64,000 nt of DNA. Origin: Ramazzottius varieornatus (lineage: Eukaryota; Animalia; Tardigrada). The notes beneath the pieces were generated by a model. That model saw nothing but the letters and a program-made list of their open reading frames with translations, had not been told where the DNA came from and did not search any database. Position 1 is the first letter of the stretch. Each line of letters opens with the position of its first letter. Made by a program: the position numbers and the translations under genes. Location: positions 5,632,448 to 5,696,447 of the forward strand of contig BDGG01000002.1 of the NCBI GenBank assembly GCA_001949185.1, written 5' to 3'. Shown piece by piece: positions 1 through 13,600 of this stretch.

Positions 1-731
1 CGATCAACGTGCCGACCAGGAACAAAAACCAAAGCTTCTGCATGTTTGCTTTAGCTCACAACGAACTCGATGGAGGGCGAACAGAATCTAGATAGTTTCT
101 CCGAGCTAAGGTCCACGTGATAGAAAGGTAACCTCTTCTTATTGGACGTGAAAACTTTTGATATCTGGTGGTGGAGGACTGCTGTTTCCTGCTGTATTTG
201 TACCAGACGAGAGAAAAGTCAGCTGCCAGACTCACCGTCGGAGTGTTATGAATAATTCAGGGCTAGTCGGAACAATAACATATTAGCGCTAAATATTCGC
301 TTTAAAAACGCAAAGGTCGGTAGTTCCTATATGCACATAACTTCCATCATTTTAACAGAGATAAGGGTCCAGCCCTGCGTATGACAGCGCACTAGTCTTT
401 CTTTCCGCGTCGCAAATTCAGTCTCAAGAGGTTTACCCGAGAACTGCTCAACTTTCGGAAATTACAATATTCGCATTGGCATCGCTCACCGCGGGTTACA
501 GCACCCGGTTTCTGTGTCTTGTGAATTTTTTTTTAAGTTTTCGACCATGAAGGCAGATTCCTCTGCGGGAGTTCTCGAGGTTGTTTGCTGTAGGATACAA
601 AATTGCTGGTAATAGAAGAAGAATTACAGGACAATTTTAACGAACCATGCTTGAAATCAGGAACAACCAACTAGAAAATGCGGTCTTTGTGGCAGGGCTT
701 TTCAGTAGTCAACGGTAATAATCCGTCCGTA

Positions 732-2117
732 CTAATGCCTTCTGTTGAAGAACAAACTACTTTGACTGGTGCTCATATAGTGTGGCTCCCAAATAGGTGG
801 CTCCTGCTGGACTGTGTCAAATCGAGCTGACGGTGTCTGGTCTTCCAAGTTCCACGACTGCGAATGTTCGTCGGTGAAGTTGGTTCTTGGGTCGCTGACA
901 TGACCATTCCGCCCATTAGAAAGATCGTACGCTTGGTAAACTGTAGAACTGTCAAGACCCCAGTTGTTACTTGGCCTTTGTTGTACATTGTAGAATCGGG
1001 GTTCGTGCTCTTCTGGAGCATAACTTCCCAGATCGAACGCGGGCGCCACCACTCGACTGTCGGATCCCTTATATTTGATATAGCCATGACTGTCAACGCT
1101 GGGACCTGTAAACAAGGAGAAAAGTCATAATCAAAAGGGATTTTTCTGCACAGTGTGCTCGTACCCTTTTTACCTGTAGAGAAGTCTAGGAGCTGTGCGG
1201 TATCCATCTCTGCACCTCCATTACTGGAAGCCCTGCTGGAAGATGGTGTCGGGTAAGGTGGAGTGAAGGATCCGGGGTGTCTTTCGGACGCCCCAACCAA
1301 GCTTTCCCGGCGTGATGGCGTTGGTGAGTTCTGTAGAGAGCTACAGTATCGAAGCGAGTTGGCTCTTTGCAACAACGATGACGAACCACATCCATCAGTG
1401 GTAACCCTCTCCGAGCCATTGTCTTCGGAAGTGATCGGAGTAATTAAGGACTGAGATCGTCGATGTGTAGGAAGTTTCTGGGCTGTATTCTTCTTTACGA
1501 CACCGGTCCTCGGTTCGCCCGATACCGTTGCCGCAGTGTCCGTGCTTGTGCCGCTTGCTTTCGGGCGGCGACCCACCTTCGAAGCTATATTCAAGTTTAG
1601 AGTTTATAATCAACATGTGCAAGGCAATTTAGAAGAATGGAATAGGTAAGCAATTGAAGCAAGATGATTCATGCCTTACCGCTTCGGGACATTCCCATTC
1701 GTACACACTTCTTCAGCCGGCAAAACTGGCATGAATTTCGTGCGAAACGAGTTATCTCGCACTCCTCGTTGTTGGTACATTTCTGATTCATCCCTTTCAC
1801 CATGCATCGGCGAAAAAAACCCTGGAACAAAGAGAACATGTCAAGCCGCAATAAAAATCAGACATGTTCCCTTCCGCCCAGAAAATGAAGTTTCTTGTAC
1901 CCTCACGCCATTTAGCACAACCCGTTATTTTTTCACGATTTTTTGTGAATGCGAAAATCAGGAAGTCATGCAACGCCGGTATACTCACTTTGCATCCCTC
2001 ACAGCTGTTGACTCCATAGTGAATCCCGCTGGCTTCGTCTGCGCAGACCACACATCTGGGCTTGTCACAAGGCGGCGGCGTGCCATGCAGGGTCTTGTAG
2101 AACCCAGCTCTTTCCAT
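732..2117 (-). CDS. Nuclear hormone receptor with NR1-like C4 zinc-finger DNA-binding domain and no recognisable ligand-binding domain (4 coding exons)
   Basis: Exons ~2117-1989, 1821-1680, 1584-1174, 1105-732 join through GT-AG introns in consistent phase. The product reads CVVCADEASGIHYGVNSCEGCK|GFFRRC...CTNNEEC...RNSCQFCRLKKCVRMGMSRS|ASKVGRRPK (P-box CEGCKG, T-box-like GRRPK), followed by a Ser/Pro-rich low-complexity tail to TAG at 732. Confidence 0.85.
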
Positions 2118-3013
2118 AACTTTCCAGCGATCTGGAAGAAGCAAACAACACTTGAACGATCTCGATCTCCGAACTGCGAAAATCAAAGCTGTCCCGGAAG
2201 CTATTACGTTCGAGAATACTCACACGAATATAGCAATGCTTCCTAATTTTCCTCATCCGCGAGCCTGGCTCATCCCATTGTGCAAGAAATGGTCTCCCCA
2301 AGCGCATGTGCCGGTCTTGAAAAACAACTGGGGCTGCAAATGCCGGCTGCAGTTTTTTGCTCGGTACGAACCAAGTGAATGAAGTTTGCGGTTGGGTGGC
2401 GTAAAACGAGCCGGCGCCACACTGTCTGGTCTTGGAAAGTTTTACCTGTGCACAGCATGTGCCGGTAGAAGCTTTGTCAATAATTACAGCGGAAGCTCAA
2501 TGCTTTCACTCGTATGAAAACTGTCAGTGCTTCTCAACAAACAATTTCTGGTTTTTTCTGTACGAGTGAAGCCTATAAAAGTCGCGGAGAACTGGACTGG
2601 CTGAGTAAGGTACCGATCCTACCTAATGCAGCAATTGACCTGGAGCAGAGTTTGACCCAGACATTCGGTTTCTCGTAGCGTTTCGCATCTCATAGCTGTT
2701 CCGACTTGTGTGGTACCCGCGTACAACTTAGTGGCTCGTTCATCTTTTACGTACCCTTTTTACTTGATGGAAATAAACATTTTTTAAGCGTCACTGAAAA
2801 CTTCGGATTCCATAGTGCGGGGCAAACGCAAAAAAAGATGAAACGTAACGTCAGCGTTAAGTGATAAATTTATACACTCGGGTGAAGCAACGATGTGGGG
2901 GAAACGACTAACTCGAACGTGCTGAAAAAGTTACATGGAAAACCAGAAAAATCGACGTCTTTCGTGCAGGGAGAATTCACTTCCAGTCATTCGCTGGTCT
3001 TGAGTGCTCTTAT

Positions 3014-6000
3014 TTAGACAGTTGTTATGTTGTTAGATGGATGTACCGGTACCTGACTCGTCTTCCGTCGCATGTCAGTCAGAAGCCGGGCCTTCAAAGC
3101 TTGGAGCTGTTCCGGTGTAGTGAAATCGTCTGGGTTTTTGGCCTGACATTTGAGGAACTTCTGATGGCTGAGCGTCACGATCTTCGGTGTGGCCGCTTCC
3201 TGAGTGGAAAGTTCTTTTCGGATCCTCTCCAGTTCGCGTCGTCGCTTGGCGTCTTTAGCACTTTCCTGCTGCTGACGGCGTTCGTCCTTCGACCAGTAAC
3301 GACCAACCTTCAGCTCGCTCATGGCATCGTCATCCGTTGTTATCCCACAACGCTCTTTGGCTATGTGGTTGGCCCTTTGGTGAAGCATTTTATTCCGAAA
3401 CTATAACCCAAACAACAATGCGAAAATACGGAAGAGAAAGATTGAAAAAATCAATCCAGACACAACAAATGCGTGAGGTATTTGAGACGGGGCAAAGGAA
3501 CTGAGAAAGATCTCTACATCAAGTGGCGGACGTTTCCGTTATTATCAGCTGGAAGTGTGCGCCACTTAGGAAAACGATCTGAACATCTACCCCGTGTCCT
3601 GTTCATGTAGTTGAAGTACTTACCGGCTTTTTCGAGGCGGACGACCGTGTTCCAGATGGACGGGTGAGAGATCCAGCCAGGTCTCCCACTGGACTATGCG
3701 TTTTGATTTGCTCGTAGATATGACCAGACTTGGTCGAGCTAAGTTCCTCGTCTTCTCGTACCGTACGTAAGACCCCGTTAGTCATTCGCGAGAGTTGACG
3801 CGTGGGAACCGAGTTCGGCAAGCTACCATAGGGCAGATGGATAGCCACCCCGTTTATCACGGCTGGTGCCCCCAGAGCTTCCACGGTTGCTCTGGTCAAC
3901 TTCGGCTGACAAGGACGAACCTTCACACTGTCTTCAACCTTCTCACAGAACTCAGGCGAAATCATCTTCACCACACCAGGTCGAGCCGAGATATGAGCGC
4001 TACTTCCTGTCTTGTGGCTATGTCTGCGTTCGGAATGCTTTGCCTGATCGGACTGTTCTTGGGCCGCGAAACTACTGAGACTGCTTGTTCGATGGTTCGG
4101 GACCGGAAGTGCGGAGATTCGGGAGCTTCGTGGGGAAGGAACCTGTTGGCTACGGAATGTGCTCAATGTGGGCTCTTGAATGCCTTCGTACTGACGTTGG
4201 ATGTTCTCCATTTGTAGCGTGACTGCGAGGAGCTCGGATTCCAGACTGGTCAGAGATCCGCGCGACCTAGTGGGAAGGGAACGGATGCTGGGCTCCGTTT
4301 GCATACCGGCTTCGCGGACGCTGATGAGTTCTTCCAGGTCGTCACAGCCACCCGAACTTGTCGTGTTGTACTTGGAACTCCTGGGTGACAGTACCAGTTC
4401 GTTCTCCGAACTGTCCTCGTTCCGACAAGACTCGGCTAGTCCACTGTCCTTCTCGTGAGTGTTGAACGACTCGTCAAAAGCATCCTGTAGGAAAAAACAA
4501 CCACATAAAATTGTTTTTGCGAAACGAGAAACGTTTGAAAGATTGAACTGGAGAAATGCCACAAAGGCCAATTTACTTCGTCGACCGCGCCTTCGCAGTG
4601 TTCGTATAGTTCTTCGAGGTGGGACATGCGGAGTTCTTCGACGCTTTCTCCATCTTCCGCATGTTGACTGATCCTTGCTACCAGTATGTCAAACTGTTTG
4701 CACTTTGGATCAGCCAAGAGTTCGTCGACATGTTCCGAGCTCTCCACTATGACTCCATTCACTTCCAAGATCTGATCACCTTTTCGGATAGAGTTACGAT
4801 CGTGGAACTGTTCGTTTACGACCTGAGAAACACCAGTCATCAGTCAGCGCAAAATCTACCAAGATTTACGACCGTCGCTTGACGTCATGAACTAACTTAC
4901 CTCTTTGACGATGACAACCGGCGTCGGATTTCGCGCATTGAGAAGATTGCGACAGCGCACACCCATTGTACTCTGGCTGGGTCCTCGCATTAACGTCACC
5001 TGAAACACAGAAAATGGCGTTAGTGGACCTCAGCAGGGAAGTCATCCGTCCACGCAAGAGACGCAGATGGTACATTGGCAAATGGACCGAACCAGACAGT
5101 ATTCCCAAGTGACGCACACTCACGAACAATAGTAATATAACTGTGCGCCACTTGAGGTAACGATCTGGCTCACTTTGTTTTCCAGATTACAAATACTGTA
5201 AATATTCGCTGCGTCCGCGCGCTACGTTATCGTACAAGTAAAGTACAACCCCGGTCCGGTTTCACGGATTGCGCAACCCCCTACGGGGGTGCATCTTACG
5301 TACGTGTACGTACTGCGCGGACGCAGCGAATATTAACAGTATGCACTGTCGGCGATTAGTGACATATTACTCAACATGTCTTGATGGACACAAAAATGGG
5401 AAGAGTGGTGAATGTCTACGGCGCAGCTGCTACTCATTCTTCCTCTCATCTCAGCCCATCACACGGACAAGTAGCCAGCGCAACAATAACTAATCGTGGC
5501 GGTACCAGATATTACAAAGTCAGCGAGCATGGCGGCATCACTCTATCCTAATCCGCGTAAGTGATGATGACGCATATTTGCCTCGAAATTCTTATTTACG
5601 AGGGGCTGACTAAGCGGGACTAAGTACCTTCAGTTCTTCTTTATAGACTGCCCCATCGTCATCGTCCGCCGGCTGGTTGTTGTATCCATAAGGGCTCTCG
5701 ACGCCGCTTGACGTAACCTCCTCTTGATCCTGCGTGTCTGGCGACAATGCTGCCGACTTGTATCCACATCTGCGAATGCATTTTCACAAAATGAGAACTA
5801 TTTTACATTGATCACGAAGGTGAGCTCTTTTGGTATTGTATACAGACCTCGGGCAGATGCATAACCTGCCGTCGTTTTGCTTGCTCTGCTCATCGCTTTT
5901 ATTGCCACTGTTCAACGATGAAGTTTTATCGTCAGGGATCAGTGGCGGATCAGTGGTGTTACGAGAGCTACTGGAGCGTCGTAAAACATGAACAACGATG

Positions 6001-9000
6001 GGCTCTTGGGCTTCCAGGAAGGCTTGAAGAGCTTCCTCATGGCTCGCATGGGACATATCTCTTCCATTGACCTGCAAAAGGCCATAATGTAAAAATACAG
6101 CAACAGATTTCTGATGCGTAAAATATTCATGGAAACTGCAGTCTCATTTACACATACTAGATATAGACATACTAAATATATGAAACTAATATTCAGAATT
6201 TAATTAATACAAAATACACACTCAAGCGTGTGAAGGGCACTCTTGACAAGAACAACGCCCAATTCGCCAAAAGTTCATATTTATATTTCAAACAAGTCGG
6301 TATTTGGTGCTGTGGATGGCGTCTGGTCTTTTCATGATTAGCAATGACCCTGTTAAACGCAAAGCTCTGGCTGAGTAGTGATAAATGGAAGATTGATGAG
6401 GCTCTTCCCTATTGCTTCCTCTCGTTTCACCCCATTTTTGATCAACAACAAGTCCAACCGGAATGATGCTGACAGAAGAGATCCGGACAGTGCACCCGAC
6501 CACCGACCGGATTCATCCGGTTCCAGCTGAGTTATTAGCGCTAATTATGTCGCTGGATCAATAGGAAATTAACGAGCACGTTCTGAAATTTCGGTCAACC
6601 CCAGCCGGCGCTCCTTTCCGTTCGCTTGAACGCGAAGGAAGTACGATGGAGAGTAATATCGATCGAGACAGTTTATAATCTTGTTTTCCCCATGAATTTT
6701 GATGGTGACGCAACATCATTAATTTCCATCAAAATTACCAAACAGAGTCTCTTTCGCAGCAGACGACGCCCAAAGACGAAACTCTTTTTCGATCGTCCAA
6801 CAGGCAAATGGAATGTCCCACGGAATGTTTTCCTCCGTGAAGAAGTCTTAATGTATTGGATAAATCCCTCATCGACCCAGTTTGAAAGATAGGACAGAGA
6901 TAGTTTCAGCGAGGAAGCAAAGTGCAACTTGACCCAAAGCATTCTATGGGACAGTGATCCCTCTTGCTCCATGAATGTACCTTGTCATCACATGGGCCAT
7001 TATCTAGCCTGCTCACAAATTTTATGGCATATAATCGAACTCGGTGGTCCGGAAGTCAAAGACAGAGTATATACACATAGGAACCCATTGCCAACATTGC
7101 AGTGAATTCTTCACCGCACACAGACCCGCATTTCACACAAAGACGCCATGCAATTGCAGCGCAACCCATTCGGGTTTCTCCACTGTTGACATCAGCAGCG
7201 GATAAGTATTTAAGGATTGTGATGGGAAATCTCTAACACCAATAAACCGTCGCAACATGTTGAGTCTAGCTTCTTCCCAGAAGGTCCTCACATACAGGCA
7301 TTTTTGTTGAAAAATTCACATGCGGAAAGAGCAAAGGAAGCCAAGTGGCGAACGCAATGAAGTGTTATTGTTGTTGGGGAGAGTAACGCATATGGAGAGT
7401 GGACAAGGGCTAATCCGCGCAGAGTGATGCCGACGTAACAGCTCACGCTTAAGACCTCATCCATTTGAAGGAAAATGCAAACATGGCCCTGCGGGTCTTT
7501 TGCCTGCTTTTGGCCGAGCTTTGGCCCAAACCAGTCGACTACATAATTGCTTTATTGCTCAACAGTGCAGATAGCCATCCATGCTCATCCCTCAACTGTC
7601 CACCCATCATGCATCCGAAAGACATATTTTGCGAGCGGAAGTTGATTCTACACGACCACCATTCAGTGTGGCCAGCCAGCTAGCCCGTTCTCATTTGACC
7701 TTCGGCCACACGTTGCACCATATTTAATCGTCGGAATAATCGAAGTTACACACGAGCACATTTTCACGTGCAAGCCAGCACGAGCCTGCGCGTACACCAT
7801 ACAGGATGCCACTTGCAATTATAGGTCTACTCTTCGCGTGACACTCAGAAATGAACCAAAAAAACCATCACAAAAATTCAACAAAATATTTCAGGAAGTC
7901 CCCACACTTGGAAGGCTGGCAAAAGATCTCGGGATGACTGTTATCCCAAGTGGCGCATGTCTCTAGTTAACAACAAGGAAAACTGCGCCACTTGAAAAAC
8001 CCGCAAAATTTCTTGCCGGCTTCCCACTCATCTTAATTCAACAAACCACTGCCCTGACCTACAAGGTGAGAACAATGAAGGTCGGACTTTCGGAAGCCGG
8101 AGACCGCCATAGAGCACGTTGCATACGTGGACGACAGGCGAACGGCGGCAGTCAGAAGGGATCTTATCGGCGGAATATCGCAAAGTACACGCGGTTCCGT
8201 TTACTAGGAGGAGCAGCTGCTATCCACATATCAACTATTCGATCACTTCTTGGCTTGTCAAAATTCTAATTGCCTTTTGATCTTTGACTATGCCGTAGCG
8301 CCTACATAATTTGCCTCGTTCGCCTCCGGACCTTCAGTCGACACCTGCAAAATAGAGGTCTCTCGACCGTCCAAAGTGTACTTGTCGACGCATAAAGAAG
8401 CAGCCCGCAATTTAATAACTGTAAACTCAAATTCAAAATTACCGGGCTACATCATTCTCTGGTCAAGCCTGAAGAAACTTAGGAACAGAGGATGATACTC
8501 GATATGTCATAAAATCTACGGTAAGTGTGTAGTCGACGCTGGAAACTATGGTCGTGATACTTCGACACTTCTGGCTCAACAGAAAAGGAACCGTGGTGTC
8601 TACTGCTTTAATTTGATTTGAGGAAAATGATTTAAAGAGATCGCATACGGCAAGTGACAAAATGCATCTCAAGGAAAGCCTTTCATCTCATTCGAGCTCT
8701 CACTCCCATTTTCTATCGACGACGTTAAGCAAATCAGCTTAACCTGATCGCATTACCCAAAGGGAGAATGCGAACACACAATGTTGGCAACAAACAGAGC
8801 GGAACACGGGTCGATCCAATCGATCCTAAAGGAAGCTAATAAAAGTCTTGACGACCCAACGTAGGGTTAACTAGGGACCTATAACTCTCGCGGTTTTTTT
8901 CTGGCTCTTCACATGCCTGCCCGTCGTACGAGCGAAATTTCAGGAAAAAAGAACACCTCATTCTCGAAATTACAGTATCTGTTTGCGTCTTTTAAGGCCG

Positions 9001-10633
9001 ATGTCATCCAAGCGTGATGGAATATGAATACGCAGTAGCTTAAAATAGCCGGAAGTGTGTGAAAAAATCACCGAAATGAACTCAAGCATTTCCGTCGTGC
9101 TGCGTTGATTTGCGGTTTATAAGGTCGCCACATTCGCACTCTGTCGAAGTACATCAAAACTCCACAATCCATACCACAAGACGGAGTGCTCCATATAGCA
9201 GTAAGTTACTTTACCATCGCATGGTTTACCGTGATTTCAATCCATTGCGAATAGACCAGAAATTCTCGATAGGCAGGTCCGAGTTCTTTATGGGCTTTTG
9301 ATTTCTGTGGCGACAGCTCGATTTCTAGCGTGTATTTGCCAAACCAGTTAGGAAGGTGATTAATAACCTCACAAAAGTGATTTGTTAGAAAACAGCATTG
9401 TACCTATTTTAACTCTTCACTATCACTTTGCAGACTGGTGGTAAAAAACCTTTGCACTATTGATTACATCGTCACTGCCTTGTATTGGTTCAAAACAGGA
9501 AGCGAAACTGATCGTCTCGACTGGCGCAAAAGAAGTTTCTTATGCTAAGTCAAGAATACGGTTCCCAAGGAGCCACGCCCAAAGACCCAGTCCGTTCCAG
9601 CAAAATATAATTGAATATTGCTTGCCCATAACATCATGTCGTAGGAACAATCTTGACAAATGGCACACATGCGTATCCAAGGCTGCGGAATGGCAGCTAT
9701 AATCTCCACAACACAATTTGCAATCTCATAATAAAACCACCCAAAAATTGCTCTCAGTTCCGCCCCACTGGCTTCGTTGGATTAGAGGCATAAGCAACAT
9801 AAGCAATTCAAATTTTTCGTCTATTATCGGGATACTAAATACCACATCAGCACCACACCAAGGCCCAATCTCGATCACCGTAGCACCTATGGAGTTCAGA
9901 GTTAGCCTAAGTCACTTTAAAGTAACTCAAAAAGCGTTGATTTTAATTAAAACTTGTTTACGAGCGTCAATCCATAATCAACATACATCCACACTTTAGG
10001 GTATGGTCAAACATCACAAGCAACTCGTACAAGTCGCCAAATGGAAGATAATTTAGCATATCTTCAAATTCAACATGCATTTGGATGAAGTAGGATTTTC
10101 ACTCTTCGGCGTGTCCCGATGTTTACTATGGTGCAAAAGGATCAAGCACCGTTATTTCAAAGAGATAACAGCGCTTAAAAATGAGATCATCGTCCACACA
10201 TTGAACTTAGAAACTGGGTAAATATTGGACCTAACGACTTCCAACACGATCTTCCACAAACACAGCATGTACATGCGGTCCCTCGTGCCCCTCATTTTGA
10301 CCTCAACGAAATGTTACCTAGATCTCACCAATTTAGAAAAGTTTTGGGGATTTTCCTAGCCAGAAAGTACTTTAATTCATCCTTCGGGTACTTCGACTCT
10401 GCTAAAGGTCGGTTGACAGAACGGTCCGCAGCTGTCTGGATGGCAGCAGGCTCCTGCAAACCGACCCACAGGATCAGCTCTCCCCTTTCAAAGGTACCAT
10501 GCGGGTCGGGATGCGCCGAATGCCCATGTTTATTTAGCGCGCTTATTTACCGAGAGCGGCAAAAGCTTTAGAACATGCAAATTAACAGCTGTTGAATAAA
10601 CGGTAAGCTTACCTTCAGGATGATAAAATCCAT
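3014..10633 (-). CDS. SLIP1 / PDZRN3-PDZRN4-PDZD4 family PDZ protein (RING-less form)
   Basis: Exons ~10633-10613 (MDFIILK), 6071-5866 (VNGRDMSHASHEEALQAFLEAQEPIVVHVLRR), 5769-5628, 4999-4901, 4822-4577 (PDZ: IRKGDQILEVNG), 4484-3624, 3400-3014. The C-terminus carries the family hallmark ERCGITTDDDAMSELKVGRYWSKDERRQ and ends in the PDZ ligand TTV*. The first exon is the least certain. Confidence 0.85.
3508..3580. repeat. Intronic palindromic element, copy A (last intron of PDZ gene)
   Basis: AGATC...CAAGTGGCGG(3520)...GCGCCACTTA(3568)...GATCT; core 49 nt. Confidence 0.8.
5092..5168. repeat. Intronic palindromic element, copy B (PDZ gene intron)
   Basis: CCAGA...CAAGTGACGCAC(5106)...GTGCGCCACTTG(5154)...GATCTGG; core 49 nt. 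Confidence 0.8.
7941..8000. repeat. Intronic palindromic element, copy C (large first intron of PDZ gene)
   Basis: CAAGTGGCGCA(7947)...TGCGCCACTTG(7994); core 48 nt. Confidence 0.8.
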
Positions 10634-13600
10634 CTCGAGAAGCAAGCTGGAAAGAAGAATGGATCGACGAAGGTAGTTCTCCGCTCAACGCTTCCTTTCA
10701 CGGCTCGTATTTCCGGTCCTCGATATGGAGTCTTGTAGTCCTTGACTTATGCCAGCAAGCACTGCAACCATAAAATCAGAAATTCGGATCGATACGGGGA
10801 GACTTGATGAGAGTCGAATGTGGAATGATGAGAAACATAGATTTGGTTGGCACAGTTAGCAGCTGCCCGTCGACGACGCATCACCGAGACTTGGCATCAC
10901 TATACTGATTGATGAGAACCTGAACGGTAATAAACCTGAAACATCCCAGAACTCATACTGGGGGCATTAATTCTGCTCAAACACTGTTAAACAGCGACGA
11001 GACCAAACAACGAGGAGGAGAATAAAGACTAGGCGGCACTGACGTACGAACACTGCTTGCTTGGCTCCGCTCTTATCTTTCAATGGACACGGGGGAAGGG
11101 CATCATCAAACAGAAACAGCCTACATGTACGATATCGGTAGCAGAAACGCTCTCATGCCTTTTGAATGCATCAATACTTTCTTGTCTACTCGAATTTCGC
11201 TCAAAATGAAAATCAGGAGAGAAGATAGTTCTCCGTTACAGTGTATATCTGTTACCGTTTGGAACGGTACCCAGTCCAGTGACTGGGCGTGGCACTGGTG
11301 GGAAAACGAGGTCCTTGCGACGAACAGTCGACTTTTTTTCGGAGCCGAATCTTCATTCGGGGTGGAATCTCGCACTAGGGCTCGACTGAATTGTTCGGAA
11401 CAAAAGAGGAACCGGTTGTGAAAAGGTTGCAGTATTTATCGTAGAACAGTATGGAGTTCCAGAGTGACTTGGTATTTACTGTTTGGTTAGGTCTTGAGGA
11501 CAGTAGCCAGCTTCTCATTAATTTCGAATCGTGCATTCCCTCGCGTCATTAATGTCTCTGCAATCATCAGATTGTTACATTAGGGCAGAGATAATAAAAG
11601 GTCGCACGAACAGAGGCGCACATGCTCGGATTACGCATGCAACGCAGTGCCGCATGCAGTGGGAGTAAAGCAATATCCTGGCCTAAATAATTAAGAGAAA
11701 CAGAGCACGCATCCCGAGACACGCTCCCGAGCTTTCCTTTCGCGGATCTAGGCCAGCAGATTATCAATGCATGGTGGCGGCTGCTTCTCTGTTATTACTT
11801 ACGTTTTCACTTCTGCAAAACATCCAAATTACCTGCAACAGAAAACAAATACCATCAGAACTTGATATCGAATCACAAAAACATGATCGATAACTACAGG
11901 ATACCAGCAGGAGCCGTAACCGGTCGGCAAACAAAACCTGGATACATAACCAATACAGTATAACGTCGCGCAAGTATGCAGGTGGGTGAGGCTGCTGTAT
12001 GCAGTCTTTCTTAGTGTCTTTCCTTTCCGGTTAACCTGATACCAGAATTGGGTTTCTGCCTCTAATTTTCTGTAGTAACGTTCGAAAAGTTCTCAAGTTT
12101 CTCACACAGTAAGGATAGACTATTGGGTTAGACACTAACACTTCATTTGAGCAATGTAGTCGCATCTCAGTGCAAGACTTAATTGGTCTTGCTCAGTGTG
12201 AGGCCTTATGCAAACGTCTGGTCTTCTCGGTCCTTACGGCTCCTCGTCGTGATTGGAACCTAAAGAATAACTGATTTTCTAATCATAAATCAATTTGAGT
12301 CACAGTTCTGAAAAGTCGACTTTTATTGTGTATTCGATACCGCCCACGAAGTCTAACAGCCGATTGAAAGATCCCAAACAGGAGGCTTCAATCTTGACGT
12401 TTTGGACAAAAGACTTCGTACTCGCGCACAATTTCACCTTATGGAACATGGTGTATTCTCAACAAATCGATCTTAATTGTTCGGATTAAGAGGTGAAGGA
12501 ATTGAGTGACGGCAAGGTGTGAAATTCATAAAGTCTGCTCAGCTAAAAGTACTTCTCACTTCAAGGTGATCTGGTGTTGGGAAGGAGGGAGGGTGTGGGA
12601 ACGAAACACGAAAGAATGAGCTTCTACGTGTTTAAAATTAACCAAAGAATAGACCATACTTGATCACGGCGGAGCTTTTACTGTAAGTACAGTAATTCAT
12701 ATACGAAATGCTCTGCTTACCTCCATGCCTCTCCTTGCGAAGTTGCAATAGCATTCGTTCAGTGGCTGGATGACTTCTTCCTCCCAGAAGCTTCTGAGGA
12801 GCGGGGCCTGTATACGTACTTTAGACACTGTTTACCTAATTGCAAATCAGTTACTGTTTGTAATGTAAGATCACTTATCGAGAGTAATGTCATGCCCGTA
12901 CTTACCCAAAGGAGTCAGAGTCAAATCAGTCTATCTAATTTTGCTGATCGAATTTCTACTTCCTCGTCGTGATGCATGCTCCGATCTCAAAAAGCGGCCC
13001 ATATACCATTACGCACGGTCTTCTAAAAGTGAAAAACTTCCGGAATGCCTAAAGAAACTGACTTGCTACAGTAGTACGTTCTTGTACTGGTTCGGTCTTT
13101 GGTCCACTGGTTGGGAAAGTGCAAAGAAAAGCGCGAATTCATTGAGGTTGGGTCAATAACGTTCGCCGGTCTACGAGAACAAAACATGTTGTCTTTGGTT
13201 TAATTCAGGTGTGTTTACTTAAACGAAAGAGTTTGGCTCACTCATTTCGCAGGATGATTCCTCTCGAGGCTCCATGTTTATCAAGGTGCCAATCGAAGGA
13301 GCCTGCTGCATTGAATGAATGCTCATCTTGATCCTGGAAATTGAATTTGAATGAAGGTCGATCAATCAGTTTTGTCGGCTTGATAACTGTCGTCTCCTTT
13401 CGAGAAGAGCTGCAGCTTGTCTTTCTCGTTGGAAAGGTGTGCTCTTGATCTACAGTATGACAAACCAGGCCGAAACTAATCACCATTTCAATCATGGAAC
13501 GGTAAATTAGGGAGTCACCAGCCCCTCTCCAGCCCCAGCAATGGAACCGCTGCACAAACAATCGAGAAAAGCCGTGCCGCCGACAGTCCACGCTTCATTC

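Noticed and set aside
1671-2246. 191-aa plus-strand ORF and the many other short or antisense ORFs in the track (e.g. 3795-4217, 14135-14620, 33799-34404, 39129-39638, 45553-46062)
   Set aside because: They are antisense shadows, intron read-throughs or lack recognisable motifs, and many use non-ATG starts, which is not meaningful in a spliced eukaryotic genome.
7341-7350. Isolated half-sites CCAAGTGGCG (7341) and GCGCCACTT (~31885)
   Set aside because: No matching opposite arm; possible relics, but not countable as copies.
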